Part shown: positions 59,389-64,000 of the stretch, piece by piece
How positions within the stretch are numbered: position 1 is the first letter of the stretch
How the letters are laid out: every line of letters starts with the position of its first letter
From: the human T2T-CHM13v2.0 reference genome, Homo sapiens
NCBI RefSeq assembly: GCF_009914755.1
Contig: NC_060934.1
Strand: one strand, 5' to 3'
Length of the DNA: 64,000 nucleotides
The notes under the pieces: generated by a model
Told to the model about the DNA's origin: nothing
The model's input: only the letters and a program-made list of their open reading frames with translations
Database searches by the model: none
Translations under genes and position numbers: made by a program

Positions 59389-60535
59389 TCTCTCCTTCGT
59401 ATTTTAGAGTATAGTAGGGATAATGTTTGTGTAATAAAGCTTTACATGTTATGAGTAGTAAGATTATCTTTTCCTATGGCCTTCATTGTTCTCAAGATGG
59501 CCACAATTACTACTATTATTTCCAGTAGACAAATTGTTCAGGTTTATTAGACAATTAACAAAGTCAAGTCAAACAACCTGTAGAACACATAATAACTAAT
59601 TAAAGCACAGTAAGTTCAGGTCTGTAAATGAGTTTGAACTTGAAATTCCCTGGCATACTTTGAACATAATTTGACTATATATTTGAAACCAAAGCAAATG
59701 AAGATGGTATATATTTGTGTTCATATATACATGCTTATGTTTCAAACCTAATAATAATATATAAATGTATGTTTATATGTAAATATTCCTTCACTCTAAA
59801 TTCTAGGAGTTCATAATCAATAATTACAGTAATGTCACTTTTTTGCCAAAAAATAATTTTTAAAAAACCAACAATCGAACTCTAATCTTATAGTCAAAAA
59901 TCACTGAATAATTTGGATCATGTAAAATCTAATTTTAGACTACAGATGTCCTAATATGAAATTATTAACAAGCTACATAAAATCGTTCAATTTTTGAAAT
60001 CTGAATCCTCAAAAGCCAATCAATATGAAACCTTACATCAAAATATGACATTTTAACCACTCACTTTAAAGCCCCATTTGTCACATTTCAATTGAGTTAA
60101 GAGATTGGCTACCTTGCTTGAGTTAATACAAACACAAGTGTGGAGCAGGTATGTAAAATTAGAGCCTCAGTTGTAAACTTGATAAAGTGATTTAAATCTA
60201 AAATCATCAAGAGAAAACACTATAATAATTAATAGAATGTGGCAGAACTACAGATACTCTGACTTGGGCCAGTGTAGAATTTTTCCTGAAACTCCACAAA
60301 ATACAGTTCTGATACACTTAGACATGATTATAGATTTATATGATTAGATTATATATTTAAATATATAAATTTAAATTTTATATAGATTATAGATTTAAAA
60401 TGCCAATTTTTAAAAAATTCAAGTTGATTTTGAAATAATTTCTTGCATATTATGAGTTTTTTTAAGCTGGCAATTTGTATGTTTTGCTGTTGGTGTTTTC
60501 TTTCCTAAACAAAAACTTCATTCCAGAAGTTTTAT

Positions 60536-60876
60536 TGCTGCAGGAATTTTCCTTAGTTCAGCTAAAGACAAGGTCCTTGTCACAGAACCACGAAAAAATT
60601 AGGCTCACAGACAATTTGAAGGGTGAGAAAAACAAGATTTATTCAACAAAAAGGAAAAAAAGGGAAACAAGGACACTCTGCAAAGTCAGAATCCTGCTAG
60701 TGCGCTTCCCGCCTCACAAATTGAATCCCAGGTACTACACCCTGGGAAAGGAGAGGCCAGGCTCCTCCCCACTGCAAAGGACATGAACTTCCCATGTCTC
60801 CACCCCGTGTGCATTCCTCCCAATGTACAGGCTGTCAGAGGTTCTGCCAGGGAGCCCTTCCCACTTGACTGTCTCA
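60536..60876 (-). mobile_element. MER61-like ERV1 solo LTR
   Basis: ccttagttcagctaaagac...ttgaatcccagg...ccaggctcctcccc...ctgtctCA; 4-bp TSD TTAT. Confidence 0.85.
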
Positions 60877-62064
60877 TTATCAATTTACCTCTAACCTTGC
60901 TAAGATACCCAAACCTTAGTCAAGTCCAGAATTCCAGTAATCCACCAGAGTTTAATTTCCCATCTGTCTTCAAAGTTCCTTTGCTGCTGTAACAGGTAGA
61001 CAATCCTGCCTACCTACAGAGAAATCCTCTCTTCAAGTCAAAACACAAAGCTGAATGTAATTCAATGCATTCCATGTTTTTGGAATGTCACAGGTACAAC
61101 ACCAAAGGTGAGAAAACAAAATCCATGAGAAGAAATGGTCAAAACAGAACCTCACAGGGGAGAATATATTTAACATAAGCCCTGAAGAATGAGTTGAGTT
61201 TCAAAAGGTAGAGATTTTTACCTCCAAGAGCCCCACAAGTTTCTCAGAGCAGATAGAAGAAAACCCCTCTCACGAGTCCAGCAGGGGAAGGGGAAAAGCA
61301 GCCATTTTGAAATACACCCAGAACATTCTGTTTTCCTTAATAAAGAGTTTCCTCAACGGAATCTGATTTGCCAGAGCCTAACTGACTTGGGATTTACCAG
61401 ATCCTAACCCACCTGAGGGAAAAGAAATACCCAATTCCAGTACCCCCTAGCATTTCTGTCTCACCTAAGGGGGAAAAGAAAGGCTGAGAAGCACTTGTGA
61501 AGGCACAGCTCAGGAGTACAGGCACATTAAAAGACTGAGTGAGACCCAGTCAATCTGGCTTCTGTGTAATAACAGGAAATTACACCTGAAAGAACTGCAA
61601 GCCTCAAGCCTTATTTAAGAAAGAGTCTCTAAGGAAACCTCAAAGCAACAGGAGAGACAAAAACAAAGATACTATAGGATATTTCAGCCACCACACCAAA
61701 GCTACATCAAACAGTAAACACAACCTGATTTCTAGCAAGATAAACACAAAACCTCACAATAAAGGCCTATTGATTTCAGTGCCTTGTACACAATTCATTG
61801 TGTCTGGCTATCAAAAACAAAACAACAACAACAACAACAACAAAACTTGCAAAGAATGCTAAAAGGCCAAAAGCAGTTTGAAGAGACATAGCAAGCATCA
61901 CAGCCAGACTCAGATATGACAGAGGTGTTGGAATTACTAGACTGGAAGTTTTAAGCAAGAGTGATGAATACACTAAGGGCTCTGTATTAGACTTCTCCAG
62001 AGAAACAGAACCAATAGGATATATCTATATCTATATCTATATCTATATCTATATCTATCTACAT

Positions 62065-63399
<1,335 letters not shown>

Positions 63400-63944
63400 A
63401 TATAATGGTTTATTACAAAGAATTAGCTCATGCAATTATGGAAGCTGAAAAGTTCCACAATGTGCCATCAGCAAGCTGGAGACCCAGAAAAAGTGGTGGT
63501 GTAGTTCAAAGGCCAGAGAGCCACTGGTGCAGATTCCAGTCCAAGTTTAAGGCCTGAAAACCAGGTGTATCAAGGACAGGGGAAGGTTGATGTTCTGGCT
63601 CAACTAGTCTGGCAGAAAGCAAATTCAGCCTTCCTCTGCCTTTTTGTTCTATTCAACCCTTCAACAGATTGGATGATGTCCACCCACAATGGGGAGGGCC
63701 AGCTACTTTACTAGGTCTACCAATTTAAATGCTAATGTCTTCCAGAAACACTCTGACAAACACATCCCAAAATAATGTTTAAGTAGCTAGTTGAGCATCT
63801 TTTGGCCCAGTCAAGGGGACACATAAAATAACCATTACATGTTCTAATGGGAAAAGTGAACAACACAAAAAATAGATGGGTAATGTAAGCAGAGAGATGT
63901 AAACTCTAAGAGAGAATCAAATGGAAATGTTAAAAATAAAAAAC

Positions 63945-64000
63945 ACCACAAAGGATAAATGCTTGAGGGGATGGATATCCCATTCTCCATGATTGGATTA
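63945..64000 (+). mobile_element. L1MA 3'-end fragment (runs off the window)
   Basis: cacaaaggataaatgcttgaggggatggatatcccattctccatgat. Confidence 0.65.

Noticed and set aside
60770-60810. p53 site in the MER61 LTR
   Set aside because: CATG cores are present but the flanks do not fit RRRCWWGYYY twice.

Overview
This is primate (human-like) genomic DNA, AT-rich and dominated by transposable elements. I could not support any spliced protein-coding exon, RNA gene or CRISPR array. There are two main elements. (1) An intronless ARL4A retrocopy (about 36960-38153, +) keeps an open 238-codon frame. An inferred ~29-nt deletion removed its basic C-terminal NLS, so the frame reads into the former 3'UTR. 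A single CpG transition would end the protein in a CaaX box (CIVQ). (2) A near-full-length L1PA3-type LINE-1 (45706-51695, +) lacks the first ~70 nt (YY1 site) and has disrupted ORF0, ORF1 and ORF2. Its 12-bp target-site duplication (AAGATTATAATA) lies ~350 bp beyond its own tail, so it appears to carry a 3' transduction of an older L1PB end into a hAT transposon fossil. The rest is about 17 Alus, solo LTRs (THE1B, MSTB, MLT1/MLT2, MER21, MER50, MER61, MER66), Tigger/hAT DNA transposons, and ancient L1M, L2 and MIR, often nested. From memory, and unverified, the retrocopy fits ARL4AP1, which would put the window inside the large 5' intron of ANK3 (minus strand). I do not see a convincingly new biological system; the best leads are the retrocopy ORF and the L1 transduction and promoter architecture. 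Repeat subfamilies were called by eye from recalled consensus sequences, and coordinates of old repeats are approximate.
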